From the NCBI GenBank assembly GCA_036867785.1, contig CP145422.1, forward strand, positions 992,001-1,056,000: DNA of 64,000 nucleotides, in the 5' to 3' direction. Positions 36,324 through 48,222 of the stretch are shown piece after piece (position 1 is the first letter of the stretch; each line of letters opens with the position of its first letter). The position numbers and the translations under genes are program-made. The notes under the pieces are model-generated. The model worked only from the letters and a program-made list of their open reading frames with translations. It made no database searches and was not told where the DNA came from. The DNA is from Plasmodiophora brassicae (lineage: Eukaryota).

Positions 36324-37292
36324 ATGGGCGGGTGCGTTCTCCTGCGCCTGCTCCCGGCGCTCGTCGCCGCAGCGCTGGCCCACGACGACCCGGCCAGCGA
36401 CGTTGGCGGGTACGTGGCGACCGCCGATCCGGCCCTAGTCTGCGCGCGGACGTCCATCGTTGTCGAAGCGCTCGACGACGTCCAGGACAGGGTCGACTGC
36501 GCCCAGCGCTGCAATCGTTCGGGTCGATGCGCGACGTTCGCGTTCTCGCCCGGCACCCGCCAGTGCCTACAGTCGCCGCTGCGTGCCTGCCACCTGCGCC
36601 TGACCGCGTCCTGCGAGTCGGCGCACGGGTTCGACGTCTACGAGAAGGCGCTGGCGCTGCCCGTGCCCGACGCGACGGCCTGGTGGCTCACGCAAGCGTC
36701 GCCGATCGCGCGCCTTGACGTGCCCGACCGACACCGTCTGGAGACCGTCGAGTGGGACGCCGGCGGCGCAGGCGGTGCGTGCCGTACCCGCCTGGAGCGG
36801 TGCCGGCGCGGGCAGGACGACGAGCTGTCCGTCAACCCGAACTCGTGCGAGCGGCTGTGCCACAGGAAGCACCGGTGCGAAGCGTTCGAGCACATGGTGT
36901 TCTGGCCGGACGGCGTCGCCACGGTCACCTGCCGCCTGTTCCAGTCGTCGTTCCTGCGCGGCCACGGCCACCTGCTCCTCGAGAACAGCACGCAGGATGC
37001 CACGACGGCGTCGTACCACCACCGCACCCGGCACACGATCGGCGTCGTGGCGCCGGTCTACCCCAACGAGGCGCCTGCCAGCGAACCCGGGTGCGGCCGC
37101 CACCAGCCCGACCCGAAACCGGCGGCCCGCCTTCGTTTCCAGAGCGGTGCGGTCGCCGATCGGGACGCCGCGTCTGGCACGGGACGGGAGCGACGTCCGC
37201 GATCCATTGCCGAACCGCTGGCCTACACGCTCGCCTGCCTCGCCGTCGCCGTACTGGCCACGTTCTGGATACAGATGGGGCAATCGGGTTAA
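36324..37292 (+). CDS. Secreted/membrane PAN-apple-like Cys-rich protein
   Basis: Signal peptide; CAQRC....RCATFAF...CL and CERLC...RCEAFE..TCRL; C-terminal TM. Confidence 0.65.
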   Translation: MGGCVLLRLLPALVAAALAHDDPASDVGGYVATADPALVCARTSIVVEALDDVQDRVDCAQRCNRSGRCATFAFSPGTRQCLQSPLRACHLRLTASCESAHGFDVYEKALALPVPDATAWWLTQASPIARLDVPDRHRLETVEWDAGGAGGACRTRLERCRRGQDDELSVNPNSCERLCHRKHRCEAFEHMVFWPDGVATVTCRLFQSSFLRGHGHLLLENSTQDATTASYHHRTRHTIGVVAPVYPNEAPASEPGCGRHQPDPKPAARLRFQSGAVADRDAASGTGRERRPRSIAEPLAYTLACLAVAVLATFWIQMGQSG

Positions 37293-37355
37293 GGAGGCTG
37301 CGCGCCCCCATTGTTCTCGTGCTGTGGTAGCCGGCCTGATCGACGAGTGTCACAT

Positions 37356-38371
37356 ATGGCATCGGCGCCGCCGACCCTGTTCGACCCGGCGTACCGGCGC
37401 GCGCGCGAGGACGAACGCTTCGCCATGTCGGCCGACGAGTACCTTGCCGCGCACAACGTCGTCGACTACGTGGACGACGCCATCCGCCTGCTGGCCGAAT
37501 CGGGCGACAGCGCCCCGCTGGACTTCCTGGCCGCCTAGTACGTCGCTGGGGCCGGTTCGACCGGTGGCGCATTGCTCTGACCATGCGGCAAGCTTTACGA
37601 ACGTGCTGTCGGGCGACAACGTCATCTTCCGCAACTTCGCGTACGTCCAGGCGACGCCCCGTAACCGCCGGTCCTTCATCCGGCACGTCCGCGACACGTT
37701 CCAGCGCTTCGACGCCAACGAACGTAAGCATGGGTCGGCGTGCCTGGCGCGCACGACCTGACCTGGGGCGATCCTGCACAGCAACGACCGTGGCGAGCCT
37801 GCACCAGCTGCTGTGCCTGCTGTGCCCCGACTACCCGATCGACTACGTGCGCTGCGCCTACCGAATCGGGGCCGTGCGCCAGCGCGCGCCGGCCGACGAC
37901 GACGATGCGCAGGTGCCCGGGGCGCTGCCGTTCGCCCACTTCAGCCTGCACGCGTTCCTGTTCCTGTACTTTGCCGAGTTCGTCCGCCTCGCAGCGGAAC
38001 AGTTCGCCAGGGTCGCCGACGACGACCGCGTCGACGCCGCTGTGAACCGGGGGGCCCTGCTCGAGGCCATCGTGAAGGAGCTCGTGTCGCACAGGCACGG
38101 GCAGATGTGTGCACCGCCGACCAGCGTGCTGCGCGACGTCCTGTCCCGACCGGCGCGCCCGGGATCGCCCGTCGACGGCACGACAACGTTCGACGAGTTC
38201 TGCGCCGACCTGTTCGCCGACGCCACGTTGCCCGGGGCGCTGCTGGAACCGCGATCCTATGCCGAGCTTCGCGAGGGCATCGACAGGCTCCTGGAGAGCC
38301 TGTCCCTGAACCGGTCATCGGGCACCATGCACCGCCACTCGAAGAAGAAGGGCCGGGCAGCAAAGAAGTAG
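37356..38371 (+). CDS. CSTPP1: CSTPP1/C11orf49-like tubulin polyglutamylase complex regulator, multi-exon
   Basis: DEYLAAHNVVDYVDDAIRLL..YFTNV.SG..IFRNFAYVQATPRNRRSF..HQLLCLLCPDYP. Confidence 0.8.
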
Positions 38372-38446
38372 CATGGGTCGCCGGGCAGGCGCAACGCCCG
38401 ATACAGGCTTAGGGTCCCCCCATGCGTCGATGTGGGAATGACCATG

Positions 38447-39303
38447 TTAGAACACGAGCGGGACCAGGCGCTTCCACCCGGGTGGCGTCCGCATGCCCTT
38501 CTTGGCGTACCAGTCGAGGGTGGCCGTGGCGCGCCCGGCGAGGTACCACGAGGAGAACCAGACCATCGCCCAGGCGTACCAGGTCGAGATGCTCTGTCGA
38601 CGAACGATGCCACAGGTCAGCCAGCAGGCGACGGACGATGCAGGTGGACGAACCAGGGCGGCCCCGACCCAGGACACGATCTCGAACAGGTAGTGCGGGC
38701 TGGCAACGTAGGCGAACAGGCCGCCGCGGGGCACAACGTGGCGCATGTCGCCCGGCTTGCGAAGGTTCGCCAGCAGCCTAACCGCGCTGTCGTTAGGCGA
38801 GAGGACCCCCCGACCGGTGCGGATGGCGGGTACCAGTGGTGGTAGAAGTTGCCGAGCTGGCCGACCAACCAGACGAGCAGGCCGAGGTGGGCGACGGCGG
38901 CGCTGCCCTCAGCAGGCGCGGTCGACGTGAGGATGACGCTGGACAGGGTGTACCCGCCGCCGACGAACGCAATCGTCCAGAGGTTCGTCCGCCCCGAGAA
39001 CTTGTGCAGGAACAGGCACTCCAGGCAGCGTTTCGTGTAGTGCGCCATCATCAGGGCCGCCGCCGCCCGATGGGACCGGGCGGGCCCGACCACGAACGCC
39101 GGCGCGATCCCCGCCGGCAGGTAGAACAGCAGCATGCCCAGCCGGGCCGGCACCGCCCAGGCCGACCCGTTGTCCGCGAACTTGCTGTACTGCAGGTGCA
39201 GGAGCCCGCGCGATTCGCTCAGGTACAGGACGGGCGCGAACGCCACCAGCAGCCCGGCCACGCAATCCTGCCATGCTACGCCCGCCATCATCATCATCGC
39301 CAT
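38447..39303 (-). CDS. 3-oxo-5-alpha-steroid 4-dehydrogenase family protein, multi-exon
   Basis: LQYSKFA; HYTKRCLECLFLHKFSG; GNFYHHW; VPRGGLFAYVASPHYLFEIVSW. Confidence 0.88.
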
Positions 39304-39668
39304 CAGTCACGGTCTCATAAAAATGTATTTGGCGGGCGTCGTTTTGGACCGTCCCGGCAGCGGGGCCTGTACCGCGCGCACCGCGACTCCCTAGTACAGG
39401 TACGTCGTAGGCAGCTGCACGGGGCATAAAGCCCACCCTCACTAACCGTGATCTGCCCGACGGGCGCACTATCGAAAAGTGCGACTGTGCCCCCCCCCCC
39501 CCCCCCCCCCCGACATGTGCGACTTTTGGGCCCTCGCCACGCCGCATGTTATGGCACGGCCGCGACGGAGGTCGCGCAGCCGCGCAGTTTGAATAAACGT
39601 CCACGGCAACCGACGGCTTCGGCAGTCCAAATACACGATAGATTTGATGTCTTAAAATGCCTATTACT

Positions 39669-39878
39669 CCCTAATTGTCACAGCGCACGTTCCCCTAATT
39701 GTCACAGCGCACGTTCCCCTAATTGTCACAGCGCACGTTCCCCTAATTGTCACAGCGCACGTTCCCCTAATTGTCACAGCGCACGTTCCCCTAATTGTCA
39801 CAGCGCACGTTCCCCTAATTGTCACAGCGCACGTTCCCCTAATTGTCACAGCGCACGTTCCCCTAATTGTCACAGCGC
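39669..39878. repeat. 24-bp minisatellite (~8.7 identical copies)
   Basis: Unit CCTAATTGTCACAGCGCACGTTCC, contiguous, no spacers. Confidence 0.95.
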
Positions 39879-40545
39879 CAGTGTCTGTTGGGCAGTTACG
39901 GACTGCGCCAGTCGGGCAGTTCTGGGGCAGCTGCGGGGCGGCTGATCGGTTATATACCAATATTTCTGTCGGCGCGGCACGGCGACGGGTCGGAAGCTGC
40001 AGTGCGCGAGGACGGGGCCCACTGCTGCTGCACGTGTCGACGTGCGGTGGGGCGTCCAAAACTGACCAGGGCGCCGGCGAGCCTCGGTAGGAACTCCGCC
40101 GCGCCGCAGATGGAGTACGTCGTGTATGACGACGACGGCGGCGGCGACGACGACGACGACGCCGGCACGCCGTCCTACACGTTCGTCGACGCGTCGTCCG
40201 CGCGCCGAGCGTTCAACCTGGCGCTGTTGCGCGTGCTCGATGCGTGGCAGATGACGCTCCATAGCGTAGGGCGCGTTGGGCAGCCGCCTCGTAACGCGTT
40301 CGTAATCTGGTGCAGGTCTGGATCGCGCTTGCAGTGCGCGTTGGCGGCGCTGGCGATGATCTGCGACGCGTTCGTCTGGAGATCGCCAGGTACCAGTTTG
40401 GGGACGCGGACGCGTTGAGTGCCACGCTGGGCGCCCTGATCCAGGGCTGGTGCGCCAGCGTCCAGAGAAGCGTACGCCCGCCGGACCACATGTCGTGGCG
40501 GGTTGCACCCGTCTGAGCATACCGTCTGTGTATAGAGACCCGCCG

Positions 40546-41651
40546 ATGCGCCCTGGTTCAGCTCGACCGGCGCCTCCGAGCTCGGGCGCCTGCAGCGGAC
40601 GCTCGCGTCCATCCCCGCGTGCCCAGATCCCGCACCTCCAGAACCCATCGTCCACGAGCCTGTAAACACGGCCTGGCGCCCCCCTTTCAGAGGTACCTCA
40701 CGCCTGACTGTCGGTGTCCCTGTTTCAGGGGCCGGCCGCAGCCGAATGGCGGAGACCGGCGCCTCGATCCAGGGCGGTCGTCTCGCTGGAGGACATGGTC
40801 ACGCCCAGTATGCCGATTGGCGGCAGCGTCAGCGGCAAGCAGGACTCGCGACCGACCGTCCCCGCTCTGCTCCAGCCCCGTCGTCATGCCCGTGCGACAG
40901 CCTACGTGCGATCGGGGCGCTGGCCAGGTGTCCGATCGTCGTCGAACTCGGCCCGAATCTTCCTGGGACGCTGCCGGTTGCAGGCCGCCCTCGACTACGT
41001 CGACGGCGGCCACGATCCCGTACGATGCCGTCACGACGTCGGTGCCGTGTGACCCGCGTTGTTAACGACGCCCGGCTAGGCGCAGGCGCTCTCGTACGCG
41101 TGTCAGACCGCGTATCCGGACGAGCCATGGTCCTTCGACGCACCTGTGGACGACGACGCCCGCCTACAAGGCAATTGGCCTGCGCGCCGATGGAACAGCG
41201 CGCTGGTGTACTGACGCTGCCTGCAGACGACACGGCACGAGCGATCCTGGGGAAAGCGGTGGCCATCGAGATCGGCGTGGCTGGGTTCTCAAGCTCGTCG
41301 TCGCATGCCGCCGACGTGTTAACCGATCTCGTGGCCTCGTTCTTGCAGGACGTTGCGCGTCAGGCCAACCAGAGCGGACGTACGCTGCCGTTCGTCGTGC
41401 GCCCGACGCCGATCTTCGTCTGACGACTGCTGCGTCCAGATTGCACGCTGACACCTGACCTGGCGATGGCGACGCTGGCCCGGGTGACCGGCGCTGGGGA
41501 GCGCCAGCTGGGCGCGCACCTGCGCGACGAGATCGTCGGCGGCGAGCAGCGCATGCGCGACCTGCTCGACAAGATCAGGAGCTCGCCCATGGACATCGTC
41601 CTGACGGCGCAGGAGGCCAGCGACTCCAACAAGCGACCTCGCATCGAATAA
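40546..41651 (+). CDS. Bromodomain-associated histone-fold (Spt7/SUPT7L/TAF8-like) protein, boundaries uncertain
   Basis: ARAILGKAVAIEIGVAGFSSSSSHAADVLTDLVASFLQDVARQ at ~41230-41370. Confidence 0.55.
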
Positions 41652-41736
41652 GTATAATTGTACGAACCATTCCGGTGTCGCCTCGTGACCCGCTGCGAGC
41701 GTCTTCGCGTCAGCACGCGCGCGCGCTCGATATTTC

Positions 41737-44146
41737 ATGATCGGCGCCTGTACCATCCCCACCCTGGACAGGGCGCGCCCATGGTATGCTCACCGCGTCG
41801 CAGCAACGTTTTCGAGGCCGGCTGTCGCGTCCCTGACATTGTCCACGCCTGGGACAAGGTACCCGCCTACACCGTCCGCGTTCTACGTCGCTAAGCGATT
41901 GCAGGCGTCGCGTGCGGAACGCGCCCGGATCCTGCACGAATTCACGGCGCGGTTCTCGGCCGCCGTCCCGCTGCTGGATGACGAGCTCGGGTCGTGGTCG
42001 TCGCTGCTGTTCACCCGGTTCACGACGGCGTGGCGCCTGTCGTACTCGCTGGGCACGTCCGTCACCCCGCACATGCTCGCCATCCGCCTGTTCCTTCGCA
42101 GCGCGCAATCGCAGCGCTTCCTGGACGAGCTGCTGGCCATCGGCGGCCTGCACACGCTGCTCGACCTGATCTCGCAGGAGGCCGAGGTCGTCGAGCGCGA
42201 CAAACGCCAGGCCCTGGTCCTGCTCCGCGCCCTGGTCGGCATGTCCGACCAGGTCTGCAACCTGTTCTGCCAGACCGATGGCCTGCGCCTCTGCCGGCGC
42301 GCTCTGATGGCGAACCTGGGCGAGCGCACGCAGGCGCGCGCCATCGACCTGATCGCCGACATCGCCGGCAGGCCGTCGCCGACGAACCCTCGGCACCAGC
42401 TCGACGCCCAGGAGACGTTGCTGCTGCTGTGCGCGCCCCTCTCCAAGTCGCCCGTCGCGTGCAAGGCGCTGGCCCTTCGCGCGCTGGCCCAGGTCGTCAT
42501 GGAGAGCCGGCACCCGCGGCGAACGCGGACGATCCCGCTGGACGAGCGGTTCGCGGGGCGCATCGTCGCGATGATGTCGCTGGACCACCAGCAGATCCAC
42601 GCGCAGGCGTCGGCCCTGCTCGTGCACCTGTGCAACAGCCGGCCCGAGCTGATGCTGACCGACGTCATCATCGGCGCCCTGGTCAACATCGTCAACGCCG
42701 AGATCGTCCTCAGCGCGTCGTCGTCGTCGGCAGCGGCGTCGTCGGCGGCGTCGTCATCGCCGTCGTCCGTCACGCTATCGGAGGCGGGTGGTGCCGTCGG
42801 CCACACTGGCGCCCTGGACAAGTCGCCCACTGGCAAGGACAGCGGCGCGTTCGCGTCGCTGTCGCCTGGAGCGCGGGCGGCGCGTACCCTCACCGACCTG
42901 CAGCCGCTGACGCTGTCGGCGGCGACGCTCATGGTCGACCGGGGCGTCCTGCGAGGCCTGACCCACATGTACTGCAACCTGCAGTCGTACGAGGCGCAGC
43001 AGATCGCCAACCAGGCCCTGCAGGCGCTGCTGCACGTCCTGCCCGACAGGGAGGACGCCCTGCGCGACCTGATGGGGCCGGACATCTTCGCCGCCTTCAG
43101 CAAGCGCCTACAGGGCGGCCAGCTGTACCGCGTCTTCACCGATGCCAATCGCAGGGCGGTCCGGGAGGCCATCCTCGGGCACGGCCCGACGACCGCCGCG
43201 TCGTTGGCGGCAACGACGACAGCGGCTGTAGCGGCAGCGTCCCCAGCAGCGCCACAGGACTTCAGGTACGGTTTCGTGGCGACACGACGCGGATCGTGAC
43301 GATGCGCTGTGCTCTCCCTAGGGATATGGACGACGATGCGATGGATGCGGCGGCGACGACGGGTACTGCTGGGGGCGGGGCGACGACGACGACGGCGACG
43401 ACGACAGCGCCTGCCGGCCATGACGAGGACGAGGGCGAGCAGGACGGCGGCGGGTTGGAGGCGTCGGCGCGCGAGGACGTCCTGATCGGGAACGCGGCGC
43501 TGAACCGCCTGGCCGTCAAGCTGGCGGTCGACAAGGGCGTTGCCGATGCCGAGCTTCGCGCCCAGCAAGCGTTCCGGTTGGCGACCAAGGCGCAGGACCA
43601 GCGCCCACCGCAGATCGCCCGGCGCGTCATGACGAAACAGGTCGTTCAGCCCAGCGCGACCGCGGGCAAGCCGCAGGCAGCGAACCTGGAGGCGGTCGCC
43701 GAGGACGCCGCCGCCGATGACAGCTCCGACACGTCGTCGGCGGTCGGGGCGCCCGGTCACCGCCCGCACGCGTCGTCCCTGTCGTCGATGCCGTCGGTCT
43801 CCCGGATGACGTCGCTGCTGGCGCCCAGGCGCAGCCGCAGGCCGACCACGAAGCGGATCAGCGAGGCGCTCGTGCAGTCGCTGACGAAGTCGGCGCTGCA
43901 CGCCCGGAAGTCGAGCGACAAGGCGGCGGCGCTGTTCGTCCCGATGGCCATCCCCAACCTGCAGGCCGGCACCGTCCTGTTCAACCAGCACTCGGGCCTG
44001 GACCCGAACGACGAGATGGCGGCGCAGTCCACCGAGAAGTAAGTACGTCCATCGTCTGCCGACGGGTCCACTTACCCTCTGGTCGATGTGCCAGGCTGCT
44101 GCAGGACTACAAAGACCTCCTGAAAGGCGTCAACCAGCCGAAGTAG
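41737..44146 (+). CDS. ARMH1: Armadillo-like helical domain protein (ARMH1-like) with C-terminal extension
   Basis: RARILHEF..LLFTRFTTAWRLSY..LAIRLFL..RFLDELLAIGGLHTLLDL; YEAQ motif. Confidence 0.7.
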
Positions 44147-44375
44147 TGTAAAGGAGGGAGCTGATGATCGCTACGTCGTTTCCAGTAGAGCCCGTTCGCT
44201 GGCTGGGCGGCGTCTGCGCCAGGTCGACCTCGGGCGCCGCAGAGCGCTAGACGTTATCGCCTTGCAGCGGGGGTTCCTGGTCTCGCCGAACGCGAACGTG
44301 ACGTCGGCGTCGGGTCGATCGCAGCAGGTTGATGCACCGAAATTAGACGGTGCCGAACCAGACGCGCGGCCGTCG

Positions 44376-45578
44376 ATGCGATGGTGGTCGTGGTCGTCGT
44401 CGTCCGTGTTCCGCGGGCGACGACGCCTCCAACGGGACCTGGAGGTGATCGTCGGCGCCGGGTCGCTCGGCGTCCTTGTCGGATGGGCGACGTCGCCCTG
44501 GGCGCAGCATCGCCAGGGCGACGTCGTTGTGACCGTCGAACGCCCGGCCCCGTCGACGTCCGACGACGCCGACCGCCATGAAGCCGCCGCGCTCGGCCTG
44601 CCCAGTAGGACGGGCGTCGCGCCCGACGTCTGCTGCGACCCATCGACCCGGGCGACTGACGTGTGCCTGCAGGGTCGATGGGCGTCCATGCGCGCCGCGA
44701 TTACGTGTCGGCGTACGACTGGCGAACGCGAAACCCGTTGTGGGTGGCCCAGGTGCTGCGCCGACCGAAGGAACCGTCGGGTAAGGTGGCGGATGGGGGG
44801 AGGGCACTGGGCGCACACCCGAGTCGATTAACGTGCGCCACGACGTCGTGCAGGGCGATCCGGGTCGCGCACCGGCGTCCGGTTCACGCCCGACCCGGCC
44901 GTGCCGGAACCGTTCCGCACCCAGCACCGCGACTTCACCGGGTCCGGCTTCGATCGCGGCCACATGGCGCCGTCCGCCGACGCCATCGAACAGGACGGCC
45001 TGCAGGAGACGTTCCTGATGAGCAACATCTCGCCACAGGTAGGCAGCGGGGGGTCGGGGGGTCGATGCGCGCCACCGGGCTCAACGGCTGACGTGGTCGT
45101 TGCTGCGATCCAGATTGGCGATGGGTTCAACCGGACGTACTGGGCGCGTATCGAGCGGTTCGTTCGCGGCCTGACGCGGCAGTACGACCGGGTGTACGTC
45201 GTGTCCGGGCCGTTGTTCCTGGAGGACGGCCAGGGCGAGGTCCGCTACCGGCTGATCGGGCCGAGCGGGATCGCCGTCCCGACCCACTTCTTCAAGGCCG
45301 TCCTGGCGGTCCGCCCGCCGCCGCTGTTCAGCTCGAAGCCCATCCTGGCGGCCGCTGCGTTCGTCGTCCCAAACAGGCCCATTGCCGACGGCGACGCGCT
45401 GTCGTCGTTCCAAGTGCCGCTGGAGACGCTGGAGAAGCAGGCCGGCCTGGTGCTCTGGGACAGGGTCGATCGGGCGGAGGTCATGGACCTCTGCGCGGAC
45501 ACCACCTGCGCGCTGTCGACCCTGCGAAGGTTCACCAAGGCGAAACATCGTCAACTGCCCGCCAGCGAGGCTGCCTAA
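44376..45578 (+). CDS. ENDOG: Mitochondrial endonuclease G/NUC1, multi-exon
   Basis: YDWRTRNPLWV; DFTGSGFDRGHMAP; ETFLMSNISPQ; GFNRTYW; IAVPTHFFK. Confidence 0.93.
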
Positions 45579-45653
45579 TAACGCCCAGCGGGGACGCCTC
45601 CCATTATTAGCATACCGGAACAAGGAATCAGGTTTACGATCGTTCGTGTGCGG

Positions 45654-46070
45654 TTAGTCAAAGGCCCCGATAGCGAGCACCGCGATCGTGACGGAGGCGA
45701 TGGACGTCAGTGCCGATGCTCGGGTCGCGGGCGCCGTCGGGTACTGGTACGGTTCGCCCGCCTGGATGTTGATGTTCCTGATGGCGTCGCCGTTGCATCG
45801 GGACACGCCTACTTTCACCTGGATGGGCGTCGGGTCGAGTTGCAGCTGTCCCGCTGAGGTGGCCCTCGGCGGCCCGGGTGCGGGCGCGTCCTGTGCGCCG
45901 CCTGCCGGCCCCGGTGCCGCTGTTACGGGCACGATCTGTACGCCGCCTGCCGCGCCCGGCGCCGCAGGCGCAGGTGCCGGCCCTGCCTGTGGCTGGATCG
46001 CAATGGGCGCTGCGGCCCGGACGTGGCTGCTGCCGAGGACGATCAACGCAACGACGAAACGGCCGATCAT
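45654..46070 (-). CDS. Small secreted Pro/Ala-rich protein, possibly GPI-anchored
   Basis: Signal peptide MIGRFVVALIVLGSSHVRA, AP/PG repeats, hydrophobic C-terminal tail. Confidence 0.65.
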   Translation of the reverse strand: MIGRFVVALIVLGSSHVRAAAPIAIQPQAGPAPAPAAPGAAGGVQIVPVTAAPGPAGGAQDAPAPGPPRATSAGQLQLDPTPIQVKVGVSRCNGDAIRNINIQAGEPYQYPTAPATRASALTSIASVTIAVLAIGAFD

Positions 46071-46328
46071 ACTGCCCGATCCCAGTGAGGCGGGGCACGC
46101 GCCAGCCCGGCGGGTAGGACCTACGCGTAAGTATCCGGTGCTGCTGCCAGGTCCGGGTCTATATTTTTAGACACCAAATTGGGTTTGTGCGGGGAAATCC
46201 CGCCGCAATTTCTCTCTCTACCGCAGAGAGGCAAACGGCAAAACTTTTGCCGGCCACGGCAAATTGGCCTTTTGGCGCGGCATAATCTCGGGTTTTGCCG
46301 GCCTCGGTCCACGACGGTATGGCAAACC

Positions 46329-47210
46329 ATGCAGGGCGAGGCGAACCGTCTGGAGGGCGAATCACGGCGTACGCGCGGGACTAACGCACGCGGCACGAAC
46401 TTCACCGATGCTGAGGACGTCCAGCTGGTACGTTCTTGGCTGCACGCTTCCCAAGACCCTGCAACGGGAACCGGTCAGTCGGAAGAGACGTTCTGGGAGA
46501 GGGTTGAGGTCCACTTCCGCAAGAACACGACGTCGGGTGCGCGGACGGCACGGTCGCTGCAGACGAAATGGGGAACAATTCAGCGTGACGTCTCCAAGTT
46601 CGTTGGCAGCTATGCATCCGCCATCAAGGTTGGCAGCTATGCATCCGTCATCAAGGCGCTCGACGAGTCGGGGACGAACGAGGAGGAGCAGATCGAAAAG
46701 GCGCTGACGCTGTACCAGCAGACGCACCCAAAGGACGCCAAGTTCGCGTATTTGCACTGCTGGCATGTCTTGAGGTCGGTTCCAAAGTGGCAGGATCTGC
46801 GACACAGGCCGGAGTCCAACAATACGCCATCCAAGAAGCGGCGCCAACTAGACTCCAACGGGGACATTGTCGAGGTTGACACAATGTCATCTTCGAAACG
46901 ACGTCCCATCGGCGTCAAGGCTTTCATGGCCGTCAAGGCGCAGAAGTCGCAAGCCGCAGAGCAAGCAGTTTACTCTACCTACCTGAAGATAATGGCGAAG
47001 AAGGCCCGTATTCAGGAGTTGCAGACCAACATGTCCTTGTTCGCGATGGATATGTCGGTCCTGGACCCAGATGCACGGAAGTACATCAAACTGGCTCGTC
47101 AGCAGGCCTTGAAGGACATGGAGCGTACCTTGTCTGTAGCTCCTGCTGACGACGTCGTTGAGAATGACGGCGTCTCGCCAGCAATGTCTATTCCAACACA
47201 TTGGTTCTAG
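46329..47210 (+). CDS. Harbinger-type Myb/SANT-like (NAM-associated) DNA-binding protein
   Basis: NFTDAEDVQLVRSWL..SQDP.TG..Q..ETFWERV..RT.RSL..KW..I..FAYLHCWHVLR..PKW..RPIGVKA; in-frame 27-bp duplication at 46602-46655. Confidence 0.85.
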   Translation: MQGEANRLEGESRRTRGTNARGTNFTDAEDVQLVRSWLHASQDPATGTGQSEETFWERVEVHFRKNTTSGARTARSLQTKWGTIQRDVSKFVGSYASAIKVGSYASVIKALDESGTNEEEQIEKALTLYQQTHPKDAKFAYLHCWHVLRSVPKWQDLRHRPESNNTPSKKRRQLDSNGDIVEVDTMSSSKRRPIGVKAFMAVKAQKSQAAEQAVYSTYLKIMAKKARIQELQTNMSLFAMDMSVLDPDARKYIKLARQQALKDMERTLSVAPADDVVENDGVSPAMSIPTHWF

Positions 47211-47686
47211 GCTGATTCACCATGAACTTCGATAGGCTCTTGGGCGCGCTTCTGCAGCAATGTCCTCCATTCCGCCATCGCGACGAGATGCCCCCGTTCG
47301 GTTTGCCGTTGGCCGGCGGATGCCGTTGGCCAACAAGCGGGAAACGGGTGGCTTTGCCGTACTTCCCGTTTGCGGTGGAGACAGCAGGTAGCGGCAGCCA
47401 AGCGGGAGCTGCGCTGCCCCCCTCGGTTCCCGGATCCGATGGACTCTGTCGACCGGCCCAACCGCGACTTGCAGCCCTTCATGGACGTCGCTCATCGTAA
47501 TGGACTCTACATTAGGTCACTGTTCGCGATTTTAAAGGACAGACGTCGTCGCCATCCCTCGGAACCTGGGACGTTCTTTGCAGCTCATACGATGATCTGG
47601 TATCTCAGATGTGGGAGCAGGTCGCCGGATACGTCCGGAATCAGGTCGTATTCGGCGATGATGGGCGGTCGCCGCATTGGTCGCAT

Positions 47687-47871
47687 GCAGGAGGCGCCCA
47701 CTGCGGCCAATCTGGACCACTTCGTCGTGGTGCACGATGAAAGCGCGAAGCGGTCGTATTCGCCATCGCGTTACCGTAGCAGCGACCTGCGATGGCGGAT
47801 ACGACCGCTTCGCGCTTTCATCGTGCACCACAACAAAGTGGTCCAGATTGGCCGCAGTGGGCGCCTCCTGC
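47687..47871. repeat. Inverted repeat (83-bp arms, 19-bp spacer)
   Basis: 47687-47769 vs 47789-47871, few mismatches. Confidence 0.92.
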
Positions 47872-48222
47872 GACCAGCGAATAGCGGTGCACGTACAAAG
47901 TGAGTGTCTTACCACCCAAGCGTGGCTGAGGACGTCGCTGCTGCGGTAACGCGATTCCAGTTTGGTGCTGACGCCGCCAGTATTGTATAACGTCCGGTCG
48001 TCCGCGGCGCAGTCCGTGACGCGGTCCGTGGCGCCGTTCCGCGAGTTCGGCGTTGCCCTGGGGGACGACCGACGACGCACCGCACGGGGTAGTGTACCCC
48101 GCCGCTAGTAAGCCGTGAAACTGCGAAACGACGAACGCGTCCAAGCAGCTGTGCAATAGTACCTAGGTTGCGAGTGACCCGTCCCCGCGTCGGTATGTCG
48201 TCGGAACCCTCGTCGATAGACA

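Noticed and set aside
39669-39878. CRISPR-like array
   Set aside because: Repeats are contiguous with no unique spacers, there are no cas genes, and the context is eukaryotic.
41883-44042. Very long overlapping ORFs (702 aa on minus, 682 aa on plus)
   Set aside because: Shadow frames of the GC-rich ARMH1-like gene; only the 3' part of the + ORF is probably a genuine exon.
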